Below are positions 39,796-49,510 of a stretch of DNA of 64,000 nt, one piece after another (positions within the stretch are counted from its first letter, which is position 1; every line of letters starts with the position of its first letter). A program made the translations under genes and the position numbers. The notes under the pieces were generated by a model. That model saw only the letters and a list, made by a program, of their open reading frames with translations. It was not told where the DNA came from and did no database searches. Source of the DNA: an uncultured Thermoleophilia bacterium (GTDB taxonomy: Bacteria > Actinomycetota > Thermoleophilia > UBA2241); contig CAVPCT010000005.1 in the NCBI GenBank assembly GCA_963702475.1, positions 1-64,000 of the forward strand, given 5' to 3'.

Positions 39796-40862
39796 CACTC
39801 CGCGGCAGGTGCAGCGGGCAGCTGGGCGGTGGTCGCCGGCACGGATTCCCGCGCGACCTCCAACGGCGCGGCCGCCACGCCGCACGGTCCGCCTGTCGTG
39901 AGCAGCGGGATGGCGTCTGCAGCCTCGAAGTTGACCCGCTCCTTCTCCACGACGAGGGGCCGGTGCCGAACCTGCTCGAAGATCAGGCCGACGTACTCGC
40001 CCACCAGCCCGAGGCAGAACAGCTGCACCGCGGCGAAGAAGAACGTCCCGATGAGGATCGGGGCGGTGCCGACGGTGAACCAGTTCCAGAAGAGCAGTTT
40101 CGCGACGAGGTAGCCCACGGCGATGACGAAGAACACCGCGGCTATCAGCAGGCCCGCCAGGGTCATGATGCGCAGCGGCGTGCGCGAGTAGCTCGTGATG
40201 CCGAGCATGGCCAGGTCGAAGAGGTCGAAGAAGCTGTGGCGCGACTTGCCGTGCTTCCTCACAGGCTGCTCGTACTCCACGAAAGCCTTCTCGAAGCCGA
40301 TCTCGCTCACCATGCCACGGAAGTACGGGGCCGGGTCGTCAAGCGACCGGAGGATCTCGACGATCTGGCGGTCGAACAGCCCGAACCCTATGAAGTTGCG
40401 GATCTGCTCGACGTGCGACATCCGGCGGATCAGCGAGTAGAACGTCCGCCGGGCCAGGCGCAGCAACAGGCCCTCCTTGGCGCCCTTCCTGACGGCGATC
40501 ACCATGAGGTAGCCCTGCTCCCACAGCTCGACGAACCGGCCGATACAGCCGACCGGGGTCTGCAGATCGGCGACGAGCGGCACGACCGCGTCGCCGGTGC
40601 ACTGCAGCATGCCGTAGTAGGGCGACCGGCTCAGCCCGAAGTTGCGGCTGTTGACGATGATCTTGACGCGCCGGTCGGTGGCGGCGATCTCCTTCAGGAC
40701 GCGCACGGTGCCGTCGGTCGAGGCATTGTCGATGAAGACGTGCTCGAGGTCGTACTGCGGCAGGTGCGTCGCGAAGTAGTCCCGAACCGCCTCGTAGCAC
40801 TCCCGGATCCCTGGTTCTTCGTTATAGCAGGGGGTCAGGACCGAGATCGTTCTGCGTGTCAC
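39795..40862 (-). CDS. GT2 polyprenyl-phosphate glycosyltransferase (GtrB/DPM1-like)
   Basis: TPCYNEE, IDNASTD, SRNFG, ADLQTP, RKHGKS, two C-terminal TMs, VGEY..RP. Confidence 0.9.
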   Translation of the reverse strand: MTRRTISVLTPCYNEEPGIRECYEAVRDYFATHLPQYDLEHVFIDNASTDGTVRVLKEIAATDRRVKIIVNSRNFGLSRSPYYGMLQCTGDAVVPLVADLQTPVGCIGRFVELWEQGYLMVIAVRKGAKEGLLLRLARRTFYSLIRRMSHVEQIRNFIGFGLFDRQIVEILRSLDDPAPYFRGMVSEIGFEKAFVEYEQPVRKHGKSRHSFFDLFDLAMLGITSYSRTPLRIMTLAGLLIAAVFFVIAVGYLVAKLLFWNWFTVGTAPILIGTFFFAAVQLFCLGLVGEYVGLIFEQVRHRPLVVEKERVNFEAADAIPLLTTGGPCGVAAAPLEVARESVPATTAQLPAAPAAE

Positions 40863-42094
40863 CCCGTCACCGCCGTGCTCGGATAGCCGAAGCGCTGTAA
40901 GGACTGTCGAACCAGCTTCTCGATGTCATGGTCGCCGAACGGCACCGGGCCCTCCTTCTCGGCCCACACCCTGTCTGCCCTCACGCGAGCCACGATGTGA
41001 TTCTCCAATTCGCCCGAGGGCAGGCCGACCCTGCCGAGGCCGCCCGCGATGTGGCGTCGCAGGCCTGCCAAGTCGAAGGCGCGCACCCACCACGCCACGA
41101 GGTCGTCGAGGGTGGCGACGCCCGCTTCGGGCACCCGTGCCTCGAGCTGCGGCAGGAGGAGGGCGAGCCGGTCGGTGACCGCGTCCCTGTACCGGTCGAC
41201 CGCCGTCTCGAAGAACACGAACAGGGTCTCCGGATGCGACAGGGACGAGTGTTCGAGCAACGCGCCCGCCGCCTCGTGGATGTCGCCGGTGCGGACGTTC
41301 GAGATGGCCACCCCTCCGAGACTCGCCCCGTACTGGAGTTCGAGCAGGCCGTCGGCACGGGAGGGGCCACCCGCCAGGACGGTGCTCAGACCGTGGAGCA
41401 CGCGGCAGATGCCCTCCACGCTGAGCATCTCGTTGAACCAGGAACGCTCCCCCCTGCAGAGCAGCGACTCCCAGAGGTGCACGTAGGCGTCGAACGCGCA
41501 GGCAACCAGCAGGTCGAGCGGGCTCTCGAGAAGGAAGTGCGGGTCGAGCAGGACCCAGTCAGCGAGCAGGCGCCACGACTTGCCGTGGATCTTGGCGCGG
41601 GTCACGGAATCGTAGGTCACGTAGTAGCGGCTGGCCTCGGCGCCCGTGCCGGCCGTCGTCGGAAGCGCGACGAACAACGGACGCGCTGCGTCCGGGAGGA
41701 CCGGCATGCCGCGCCGCTCGCCCATGCCGACCCCGTCGTAGGTGCCGTAGAGCATCCCGGCCATGACCGCCTTCGCGGCGTCGATGGTGCTGCCGCCGCC
41801 AAGAGCCACGACAGCCGCCACGTCTCCCACGCCCTCCCTGAGGGCGGCATCGACGTCGCCGCTGAGGGGCATGCCCCGGACGACGCGCTCTGCCGTCAGA
41901 CGGAGCCCGAGGCGCTCGCGCAAGCCTTCCACGAAGGGCGCCGCCACGAACACCTCGTCCACCCACAGTGCCACGCTGGGTGCCACCCTCAGCAGGCCGT
42001 CGAGCTTCTCCCGGCACCCGAGCCCCCACACGAGCGTGGCCGGGCACGAGAACCGCTTGGTGGACGGGACGTTGTAGAAGGTCTCGAGGTCCAC
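40859..42094 (-). CDS. Iron-containing alcohol dehydrogenase family protein
   Basis: GGGSTIDAAK, PTTAGTGAE, candidate metal ligands DAYVH, IHE and SHP. Confidence 0.88.
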   Translation of the reverse strand: MDLETFYNVPSTKRFSCPATLVWGLGCREKLDGLLRVAPSVALWVDEVFVAAPFVEGLRERLGLRLTAERVVRGMPLSGDVDAALREGVGDVAAVVALGGGSTIDAAKAVMAGMLYGTYDGVGMGERRGMPVLPDAARPLFVALPTTAGTGAEASRYYVTYDSVTRAKIHGKSWRLLADWVLLDPHFLLESPLDLLVACAFDAYVHLWESLLCRGERSWFNEMLSVEGICRVLHGLSTVLAGGPSRADGLLELQYGASLGGVAISNVRTGDIHEAAGALLEHSSLSHPETLFVFFETAVDRYRDAVTDRLALLLPQLEARVPEAGVATLDDLVAWWVRAFDLAGLRRHIAGGLGRVGLPSGELENHIVARVRADRVWAEKEGPVPFGDHDIEKLVRQSLQRFGYPSTAVTG

Positions 42095-42097
42095 CGC

Positions 42098-43006
42098 TCA
42101 CTCCTCCCCGGCGAGCAGCCACACGCGTTCGCGCAGCGTGTCGGGGTCGATCCCGGACTGGTGCGCCTCATACCACGCGTACAGGCCGGCGACCTCGCGC
42201 TCCAGCTCGTCCGGCCGCCACCCCGACTCGTCGCGGAAGAGGGAGGGATCGCCAACATAGGCAGCACCCCTGCTGGGACGATGCACTACGAGCCCGCAAT
42301 CGCGTCCCGACACGTCGATGACCAAGCGTGCCAGGTCGAGCAGTGACACTGGCGTGCCGCGGCACACGTTGTAGCTCGCGCACCGCGGCTCGTGCTCCAC
42401 GCACCACACCACCGCCGCCGCCACGTCGTCTACCGACACGTAATCGAAGAGCGAGTCCCTTCCGACCTCCACCGGCAGACCGAGAAGTGCGTGACAGCAG
42501 GCGTTGGAGACGAACCGCAGGCGCCAGTCCTCGCGCGGCCCGAACACGCCGAACAACGTCAGCGTGACGAACCCGGGCGTCGCCTCACAGTGCTTGCGGA
42601 TGAGGTACTTCGCGAATCCGTACTGGTCGGCCGGCACCACGTCGTCGAACTCGATCTCACGCACGCCGAGCAGCTCCCGGCCGCGGTCGTACTCCGCGCC
42701 GGACCCGAGATGGACGAGCCTTCCGAAGGAGCCGCGCTCCCGTGCGACGTTGTTGAACATCCTCAGCGTGTTCTCGAGCACGAGGCGAGGGTCCTTGCGC
42801 GACGTCGCCGTCGCGTCCCACGTGGCAGCGTGCACGACGACATCGAAGCGCCGGTGGCGCAGGTAGTCGCGCACCGCCGCACCGTCGAGCAGGTCGAGTT
42901 CGTCACTCGAGGGTGCGGCCACCACCTCGAACCGCGCCCGCAGCACCGCCTCGAGCGTGCTCCCGATGAAGCCGCTCCCGCCGGTAACGAGGACCCTGGC
43001 GCTCAC
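42098..43006 (-). CDS. NAD(P)-dependent sugar epimerase/reductase (YerF-like position)
   Basis: TGGSGFIG, GSGAEYD, YGFAKY, LFGVFGPRE; directly downstream of the ThDP enzyme. Confidence 0.88.
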   Translation of the reverse strand: MSARVLVTGGSGFIGSTLEAVLRARFEVVAAPSSDELDLLDGAAVRDYLRHRRFDVVVHAATWDATATSRKDPRLVLENTLRMFNNVARERGSFGRLVHLGSGAEYDRGRELLGVREIEFDDVVPADQYGFAKYLIRKHCEATPGFVTLTLFGVFGPREDWRLRFVSNACCHALLGLPVEVGRDSLFDYVSVDDVAAAVVWCVEHEPRCASYNVCRGTPVSLLDLARLVIDVSGRDCGLVVHRPSRGAAYVGDPSLFRDESGWRPDELEREVAGLYAWYEAHQSGIDPDTLRERVWLLAGEE

Positions 43007-43010
43007 GGCG

Positions 43011-44780
43011 TCACCCGTCCATGATGGCGGCGAACTCGCCCCTGTCGAGGAATGGCCAAAGGTCTTCGAAGGGGCTCGACAGGATGCGCCCGTCGGGGTC
43101 CACGGTCGTAGCGAGTCTCGGCTGTGTAGCCACGTCCGGCTGCACCATGAGCTCGCAGAACACGGGTCCCGGCTCGGACAAGGCTCGGCGCACACCTTCG
43201 GCGAGCTCCGCGTTCGCCTCAACGCGGAAGGCTGTCAACCTGTAGGCGCGAGCGAGATCCTGGAGATCGGGCAGCGTGAGGCCGCTGCTCGCGTCTGCCG
43301 CCAGCAGACCGCCGAAGTGGTGTCGCTGAGACGACCGAATCGACCCGTAGCCATCGTTGTTCAGCACGAAGAGCTTGACCGGCAGGCCGAGCCGGCGCAG
43401 GGTCTGCAGTTCCTGCACGTTGTGCTGGAGGCCGCCGTCCCCGATCACGCTGACGACCCGGCGGCCGCTCGCCACAGCCGCACCGATACTGGCCGGCAAA
43501 CCGAAGCCCATCGAGCCCAGGCCTGGTGAGTTGAACACCCGTTGCCCGGCCTTCACGCGGAAGGCCTGCAGAGTGATCTCCGCGCACCCTCCGGAGCTGC
43601 CCGGCACGAACACGTCCTCCTCCGAGAGCTCCTCGCTGAGGACGTCGACGAGGGCGTAAGTGTCGACGAGCCCGGTCTGGTCGTGCGATCCCTCCGGAAT
43701 GACAGGCCACCTGCGACGCCACTCACGGCAGCGTGCCAGCCAGCCGTCCCGGTCCTTCCATACCGTCGAGTGAGCCGACAGCTGGCGCAGGAACACTCCC
43801 GCGTCGCCCTGGACCGCGACCGTCATGTCGAAACGCAGCTTGGCGAGCTCGTCCGCGTCGGCATCGACGACGACCTTGCGGGCGCGAGGCGCGAAGCCGG
43901 CCGAGTCGAAGCCGATCTGCGCCAGGTCGAGACGTGCGCCGAGGACGATGACAAGGTCCGCCGTCTGCTGGGCGAAGTTGGCCGCCCGCTGACCGACGGA
44001 GCCGGGACGGCCGACGAACAGCGGGTGGTCGTTCGCCACGAAGTCGGCCGCCTTCCAGGTGGTGAGGAGCGGCAGGCCGACAGCTTCCAGCCACGCCAGG
44101 AACTCGCGGACGGCGCCGGCCTGGCGCACGCCGTTGCCGGCGAGCACGACCGGGCGGCGCGCCTCGGCGATCAGCTGCGCCGTCGCCGCCGCCGCCTGCG
44201 CGAGCTCCGCCTCGCCCGGACCAGACTCACACCCGTCTCCACCGGGCTCGAGTCCTTCGGTCTGTACGGTCGCCCCCTGCACGTCGAGCGGCACGTCGAT
44301 CCACACCGGGCCGGGACGCCCGGATCGGCAGGCAGCCAGGGCGTCGTCCAGGTGGCGCCGTATGGACTCCGGCTCCCGCACCAGTGCCGCGTACTTGGTG
44401 ATGGGGGCGACGAGCGCCGTGATGTCCACCTCCTGCACGCCCATCTGCCGCACGTGCCAGTCGGCGATCAGCTCGCCGGTCTTCGCTTGCCCGGACACGA
44501 CCACCACGGGGATGGAGTCGATCCACGACGCGGCCACGCCGGTGATGGCGTTGGTGGACCCCGGACCGGCGGTCACCAGCGCCGCGCCGATACCTCCGGT
44601 GTACTGGCTGTACGCGTCGGCCGCGATGGCCGCAGCCTGCTCGTGAAGGCAGACGACGGGGCTGAGGGCCTGCTGCGTGCGCAGCGCCTCCACGAGGTGC
44701 ATGCACCCGCCCCCCGGCAGGAAGAAGACGTGCCGCGTCTCCGCCGCGAGCCGCTGCATCACGTAGTCCGCGACCTTCAT
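43011..44780 (-). CDS. Thiamine-diphosphate-dependent enzyme, acetolactate-synthase fold (YerE-like)
   Basis: MKVADY, GGGCMHL, HEQAA, TAGPGSTN, RQMGVQEVDI, GSMGFGLP, GDGG..NNDGYGSI. Confidence 0.9.
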   Translation of the reverse strand: MKVADYVMQRLAAETRHVFFLPGGGCMHLVEALRTQQALSPVVCLHEQAAAIAADAYSQYTGGIGAALVTAGPGSTNAITGVAASWIDSIPVVVVSGQAKTGELIADWHVRQMGVQEVDITALVAPITKYAALVREPESIRRHLDDALAACRSGRPGPVWIDVPLDVQGATVQTEGLEPGGDGCESGPGEAELAQAAAATAQLIAEARRPVVLAGNGVRQAGAVREFLAWLEAVGLPLLTTWKAADFVANDHPLFVGRPGSVGQRAANFAQQTADLVIVLGARLDLAQIGFDSAGFAPRARKVVVDADADELAKLRFDMTVAVQGDAGVFLRQLSAHSTVWKDRDGWLARCREWRRRWPVIPEGSHDQTGLVDTYALVDVLSEELSEEDVFVPGSSGGCAEITLQAFRVKAGQRVFNSPGLGSMGFGLPASIGAAVASGRRVVSVIGDGGLQHNVQELQTLRRLGLPVKLFVLNNDGYGSIRSSQRHHFGGLLAADASSGLTLPDLQDLARAYRLTAFRVEANAELAEGVRRALSEPGPVFCELMVQPDVATQPRLATTVDPDGRILSSPFEDLWPFLDRGEFAAIMDG

Positions 44781-44782
44781 CC

Positions 44783-45427
44783 TCACGAGGATCCCTCCGC
44801 TCCACACGCCGCGGTCGCCGTCGGGTCCGCGTGTGCGGGCTGGCGCACGAGGCCAGTGAGCTCCTCCAGGAGGTCGCTCACCGGCCTCCCCGCATCCGCG
44901 TTCCACGGCCGCGGGAACAGGAGTCCACGCAGCCCCAGGGCCAGCGCCGCAGTCACGTTCTCCGGGCCGTCGTCGACGAGGACGTCCGCGCCGCCGAACC
45001 AGGCCAGCCATTGCCCCTTGTCGCGCTCCGGCGGACCGGGAGGATCACCCGGGCGCGCCGACGGCACCACATGGACGCCGCGGATCCAGCGTCCGTAGTG
45101 ACGCAGCACCCATTCCGCCGACACGTGCACGGCGTGCAGCGGCACGGCGGTGAGAGCCAGGTGACGAGCCTCTCCGCCGTGCGCCTCGAACCAGGCGAGC
45201 ACGTCCGGACGCGGCGGCTGCGACGCGTACGCACCGCTGTGCCGGTAGGCGTCGAGAGACTCCAGATACGCCTCCCGGGTGGTCCCCAGCACCACCTCCG
45301 GCGGCGCGCCGGCGAGGCCGTCGAAGCATGCGACGCAGTCGGGATGCCCCGGCAGCCACGCCTCGGCGAACCAGAGCGCCGCGAGGTCGTTCAGCACGTC
45401 GTCGACGTCCCAGACAATCGTCAGCAT
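44783..45427 (-). CDS. HAD-superfamily phosphatase (NT5C-like)
   Basis: WDVDDVL motif I, LTA, K, LVDDGPEN, PRPWN. Confidence 0.75.
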   Translation of the reverse strand: MLTIVWDVDDVLNDLAALWFAEAWLPGHPDCVACFDGLAGAPPEVVLGTTREAYLESLDAYRHSGAYASQPPRPDVLAWFEAHGGEARHLALTAVPLHAVHVSAEWVLRHYGRWIRGVHVVPSARPGDPPGPPERDKGQWLAWFGGADVLVDDGPENVTAALALGLRGLLFPRPWNADAGRPVSDLLEELTGLVRQPAHADPTATAACGAEGSS

Positions 45428-45439
45428 CGAGTCACCGGG

Positions 45440-46963
45440 TCAGTGCGGCGGCGCCACAAGCCAGTCGGCCCAGAACGTCATCTCGGTCTTGCGGTGAGCG
45501 TTCGCGCCGACCGCATCGTCCTCGTAGTACGAGTCGTCCTTGTGGTGCGTCGTCGAGATCTCCTCGATGATCACGCCGTCGACCGTGGAGAAGGCGTGCG
45601 GCACGTGTCGCTCGACCACGGCGACCTCGCCGGCCCCATAGGTGTGGTCCTCCCCGTCCAGGGTGAGCGTCATGTCCCCGTACAGCACGTGGAAGGTCTC
45701 CTCCTTGATCTTGTGCGCGTGGGAGGGGTGCCGCTGCCCGGGGACCAAGATGAGCAGCTTCTTGCAGTACTCGCGGTTCACGATGTTGATGATGCAGGCG
45801 CCGCACTCCTCGAAACGCTCGATGCCGTAGTGGTGCGAGATCTCGAAGTCGAGACGGTCCGGCAGCGCGATCCCCGAGTCACGGAGCAGGACGCTGACCT
45901 GCGTCACGATCTCGAGGATCCGGTCGCGGCGGTCCTCACGGGCGACGGTGGCAACGGTCAGCGCCTCGTCGGCGGCGACGGGCCCCAGCGTGGTCAGCAC
46001 CGCGTACTTGGAGAGGTCGTTGGCCACCACCTGGTCGTCCGCGCACGGGATGGCGAGGAACACGTCGTCCATGGTGACTCGATGTCCGACGGGCAGTGCG
46101 GTGCGGGCGAAGGCGCCGCGCTTCAGCCCGCGCAGGTCGTCGAGTTCCTTCGCGGGCAGATCGCGCCGGCGCCCGCTCACGCCGCACATCAGATAGGCCT
46201 GCTCCGCCGACTCGAGCCACGCGCGCACCTGCCCGGGGTCGGCCGAATAGGCGTTCTTGCGATACCGCTCGGTGGGCAGGGCGACGTGCTTCTCGAAGAT
46301 CGTTGCACCCTTCGCGATCGCGAGCCGCACCGCCTCAGTTTCGTCCGGGGGCTCGTGCGTGGAGTACCCCACGGAGGCGCGCGGATAGCGTTCGCGCAGC
46401 AGGTCGATCTGGTTGAGCTCGAGGTGTTCGGGCGCGGTCGGGTACTCGCCGACGCAGTGCATGAGCGCGAACTCCTTGTCGCGGTGTTCCAGGAACAAGG
46501 CGACGCGGTCGATCTCGTCCAAGGCCTCGCCGGCCGTGGATGCGATGACCGGCAGGTCCGTCTGCACGACACGCTCGAGGAGCGGCCAGTCCGTCAACGA
46601 GCAGCTCGCCACCTTGAGGATGTCGTAGCCCTCCTCCGCGACCCGCTGGACGGAGACTTCGTCGAACGGAGTGCACACCGCGAGCATGCCGTGCTCGCGA
46701 ACGCGCTCACGCAGCCGGCGGAACTCGTCGCCGCTCAGCCGGGTCTCGCTGAAGCGCTTGACGTACTTGACGTCCTCCCTGCCCCGGTAGGCAGGGTGGA
46801 TGAACGTGTCGAGGTCGCGATACTGGAACTTGACCGCGAAGCGGAACGGCAGGCCGGACGACGCGTCGTGCAAGGCGTCGATGAGGCGCAGGCCGTGCTC
46901 CACATCGCCCATGTGGTTGTTGGCCATCTCGAAGATGAACAACGGTCGTGTGTCAGCGAACAT
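45440..46963 (-). CDS. NeuB-family PEP-dependent synthase fused to SAF and C-terminal cupin domains
   Basis: EMANNHMG, VKFQ, TPFD, KVAS, MHCVGEYP, GYSTHE, FEKH; cupin YCKK..HPSHAHKIKEETFH..HAF..EEIST. Confidence 0.9.
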   Translation of the reverse strand: MFADTRPLFIFEMANNHMGDVEHGLRLIDALHDASSGLPFRFAVKFQYRDLDTFIHPAYRGREDVKYVKRFSETRLSGDEFRRLRERVREHGMLAVCTPFDEVSVQRVAEEGYDILKVASCSLTDWPLLERVVQTDLPVIASTAGEALDEIDRVALFLEHRDKEFALMHCVGEYPTAPEHLELNQIDLLRERYPRASVGYSTHEPPDETEAVRLAIAKGATIFEKHVALPTERYRKNAYSADPGQVRAWLESAEQAYLMCGVSGRRRDLPAKELDDLRGLKRGAFARTALPVGHRVTMDDVFLAIPCADDQVVANDLSKYAVLTTLGPVAADEALTVATVAREDRRDRILEIVTQVSVLLRDSGIALPDRLDFEISHHYGIERFEECGACIINIVNREYCKKLLILVPGQRHPSHAHKIKEETFHVLYGDMTLTLDGEDHTYGAGEVAVVERHVPHAFSTVDGVIIEEISTTHHKDDSYYEDDAVGANAHRKTEMTFWADWLVAPPH

Positions 46964-48344
46964 AGCCGGCTCCGTCCTTTGCATTGGCCTCCACCGCCGC
47001 CACCGTCGCGGCCGCCATGTACTCAATCATCTCGCCGGTCAGCCCCGGATACACGCCAACCCAGAACGCCTCGTCCATGAGCCGGTCCGTCTCGGTGAGC
47101 TCGCCGGCGATGCGGTAGCCGGCGCCGGCGCCTGGCTTGCCTGCGGCACGCATGCCGTCGAAGCATGGCTGCCGTACCATGTTGCCCGCGAACAACATGC
47201 GGGTCTGGACCCTCGCGGCCTCGAGTTGCGACACGATGCCGGCGCGCGTCAGGCCGGCGGCCTTCGCCTCCTCCGTCAGCGTGAGCAGGAGGCCGAACCA
47301 GCTCGGCTCGGAGCCTGGCGTCGGCTCCTGCACGTGCAGCAGACGCGAGACCGGCGCGAGCAGGCGCGACAGGGTCGCGTGATGCTCGCGCCGCAGGCGT
47401 GTGAACTCGGGCAGGCGGCCGAGCTGGGCACAGCCCACGGCCGCCTGCATCTCCGTCACCTTGAGGTTGTAGCCGAACTCACCGAAGACATACTTGTGGT
47501 CGTAGCCGTACGGTAACGTGCCGAACTGGTGGCTGAAGCGGTGGCCGCACCTGTCGTCCTGGCCGCTCCGGCAGATACAGTCCCGGCCCCAGTCGCGGAG
47601 CGAGGCGACGATCGCGGCAAGCCGCTCGTCGTCGGTGTAGACGGCGCCGCCCTCGCCGAGCGTCATGTGGTGCGGCGGGTAGAAGCTCGAGGTCGCGACA
47701 TCGCCGAACGTGCCGGTCGCGCGGCCCCGGTACAGTGACCCGAGCGCGTCGCAGTTGTCCTCGATGAGCCAGAGACCGTGCCTCTCACAGAGTCCCAGCA
47801 CGGCGTCCACGTCGAACGGGTCTCCGAGCGTGTGCGCCAGGAAGACGGCGCGCGTCCGCGGAGTGACGGCCGCGGCCAGAGCCTCCGTATCCACGTTCGC
47901 CGTGTCACCCCGTACGTCCACGAACACCGGCACTGCGCCGTACTGGACGATGGGGGCGACCGTCGTGGGAAAGCCGGCCGCCACCGTGAGGACCTCGTCC
48001 CCGCGGGCGAGACGCCGTTCCCCGAGCTTCTCGGACGTGAGCGCCATGAAGGCGAGAAGGTTGGCCGAGGAGCCCGAGTTGACCAGCACGCAGTGGCGTA
48101 CGCCGAGGTATGCGGCGAGCTCGGCCTCGAAACGCTCGGAGTAGCGGCCGTAGGTCAACCAGAAGTCGAGAGCAGCGTCGACGAGCAGGTCGAGCTCCTC
48201 CGCGCCGAACACCCGGCCGCCATAGGGCACCCGCGTCTCGCCGGGCACGAACTCGCGTGGCGCCCCCCAGGTGGCCTCGTGATACTCGGCCACCAGGGCG
48301 CGGATCGCCGCGCGCAGCTCCTCGCTGCTTGACGGCGCGCTCAC
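46953..48344 (-). CDS. rfbH: CDP-4-keto-6-deoxyglucose 3-dehydrase (E1, DdhC)
   Basis: NSGSSAN, IEDNCDA, SFYPPHHMT (His at the usual PLP-Lys site), WGRDCIC..DRC, GYDHKY. Confidence 0.95.
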   Translation of the reverse strand: MSAPSSSEELRAAIRALVAEYHEATWGAPREFVPGETRVPYGGRVFGAEELDLLVDAALDFWLTYGRYSERFEAELAAYLGVRHCVLVNSGSSANLLAFMALTSEKLGERRLARGDEVLTVAAGFPTTVAPIVQYGAVPVFVDVRGDTANVDTEALAAAVTPRTRAVFLAHTLGDPFDVDAVLGLCERHGLWLIEDNCDALGSLYRGRATGTFGDVATSSFYPPHHMTLGEGGAVYTDDERLAAIVASLRDWGRDCICRSGQDDRCGHRFSHQFGTLPYGYDHKYVFGEFGYNLKVTEMQAAVGCAQLGRLPEFTRLRREHHATLSRLLAPVSRLLHVQEPTPGSEPSWFGLLLTLTEEAKAAGLTRAGIVSQLEAARVQTRMLFAGNMVRQPCFDGMRAAGKPGAGAGYRIAGELTETDRLMDEAFWVGVYPGLTGEMIEYMAAATVAAVEANAKDGAGYVR

Positions 48345-49510
48345 AGTACCGCCCCCGTGGCGACCCAAGACGCACCTGCACTCGCGGCGGCATTCCCGTA
48401 GGCCGCCACATCCTCGCGGCAAAGCTCCGCCAGCCGCTCGGCGCCGGAGCCGCCGGCCCACGCGGCGTACCAGCGCATCGTGGCCGCGACCGTCTCGTCC
48501 ACGTCCCACACCGGCCGCCAGCCGAGCTCGCGCTCGGCCTTGCCGGCGTCCAGCACCAGCAGCCCCGCCTCGTGCCGCTGCTCGGCCGCTCCCGGCGCGG
48601 GCCGCCATTCCCCCGCGCCCCACGCCTGAAGAACGGCCTCGACGACCTCACGGACCGTGACGAGGCAGGCGGCGCCGGGGCCGAAGTTCCAGGCGCCGGA
48701 GGCCGGGCCTGTGGACCGCTCGCCGGCCTCCCGTCCTTCCAGCAAGGCGGCGGCTAGACACAGGTACCCGGAGAGCGGCTCCAGTACGTGCTGCCAGGGG
48801 CGCACCGCCTGCGGACTGCGCACCTCCACGACGTCTCCGCGCACCAGCGCTCGCACGCAGTCGGGAACGATTCGATCCTCGCCCCAGTCACCCCCTCCAA
48901 GGACGTTGCCGGCACGGGCCGACGCGACCGCCGGGCTCTCCGACCCAGCGAAGTAGCTGCGCCGGTAGGCCGAGGTAACGAGCTCAGAACAGGCTTTGCT
49001 CGAGCTGTACGGGTCGTAGCCGCCCAGCGCATCGCTCTCCACGTAGGCGCGTCTGGTCTCCAGGTTCTCATAGCACTTGTCGGTGGTCACGTTGACCACG
49101 GCACGCGGCCCCCGTCCCGCGCCCACGGACTCCCGCACGGCCTCCAGGAGGTTCACCGTACCGATCACGTTGGTCTCGTACGTGAGGCGAGGCTCCAGAT
49201 AGGAACGCCGCACCATGGGCTGTGCGGCAAGGTGGAGGACTATCTCCGGCTCCGTCTCGGCGACCACCCGGCGCAGGCCGCCGGCATCTCGCACGTCGCC
49301 TCGACGGTCGTCAAGGAGCCCACCGTACTGCGCCAGCCCGATCGCCTCGAACAGGTTCGGCTCCGTCGGTGGATCCAAGGCGTACCCGGTGACCTGCGCT
49401 CCCAGCTCGAGCAGCCACAACGTGAGCCACGAGCCCTTGAAGCCCGTGTGGCCGGTCACGAGCATGCGTCGCCCGCGGAACACGCCCCCGAACGTCACCA
49501 CGTCTTCCAT
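48341..49510 (-). CDS. rfbG: CDP-glucose 4,6-dehydratase
   Basis: TGHTGFKGSWL, HLAAQP, TTDKCYEN, DPYSSSK, RAGNVLGGGDW, RPWQHVLEP. Confidence 0.97.
   Translation of the reverse strand: MEDVVTFGGVFRGRRMLVTGHTGFKGSWLTLWLLELGAQVTGYALDPPTEPNLFEAIGLAQYGGLLDDRRGDVRDAGGLRRVVAETEPEIVLHLAAQPMVRRSYLEPRLTYETNVIGTVNLLEAVRESVGAGRGPRAVVNVTTDKCYENLETRRAYVESDALGGYDPYSSSKACSELVTSAYRRSYFAGSESPAVASARAGNVLGGGDWGEDRIVPDCVRALVRGDVVEVRSPQAVRPWQHVLEPLSGYLCLAAALLEGREAGERSTGPASGAWNFGPGAACLVTVREVVEAVLQAWGAGEWRPAPGAAEQRHEAGLLVLDAGKAERELGWRPVWDVDETVAATMRWYAAWAGGSGAERLAELCREDVAAYGNAAASAGASWVATGAVL

Noticed and set aside
43011-44780. ThDP enzyme as anabolic acetolactate synthase IlvB
   Set aside because: No ilvN/ilvC nearby; it is embedded in a CDP-dideoxysugar operon, fitting a YerE-like role.
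45440-46963. Standard sialic/legionaminic/pseudaminic acid pathway
   Set aside because: No NeuA, NeuC or Leg/Pse aminotransferase and acetyltransferase genes in the island.
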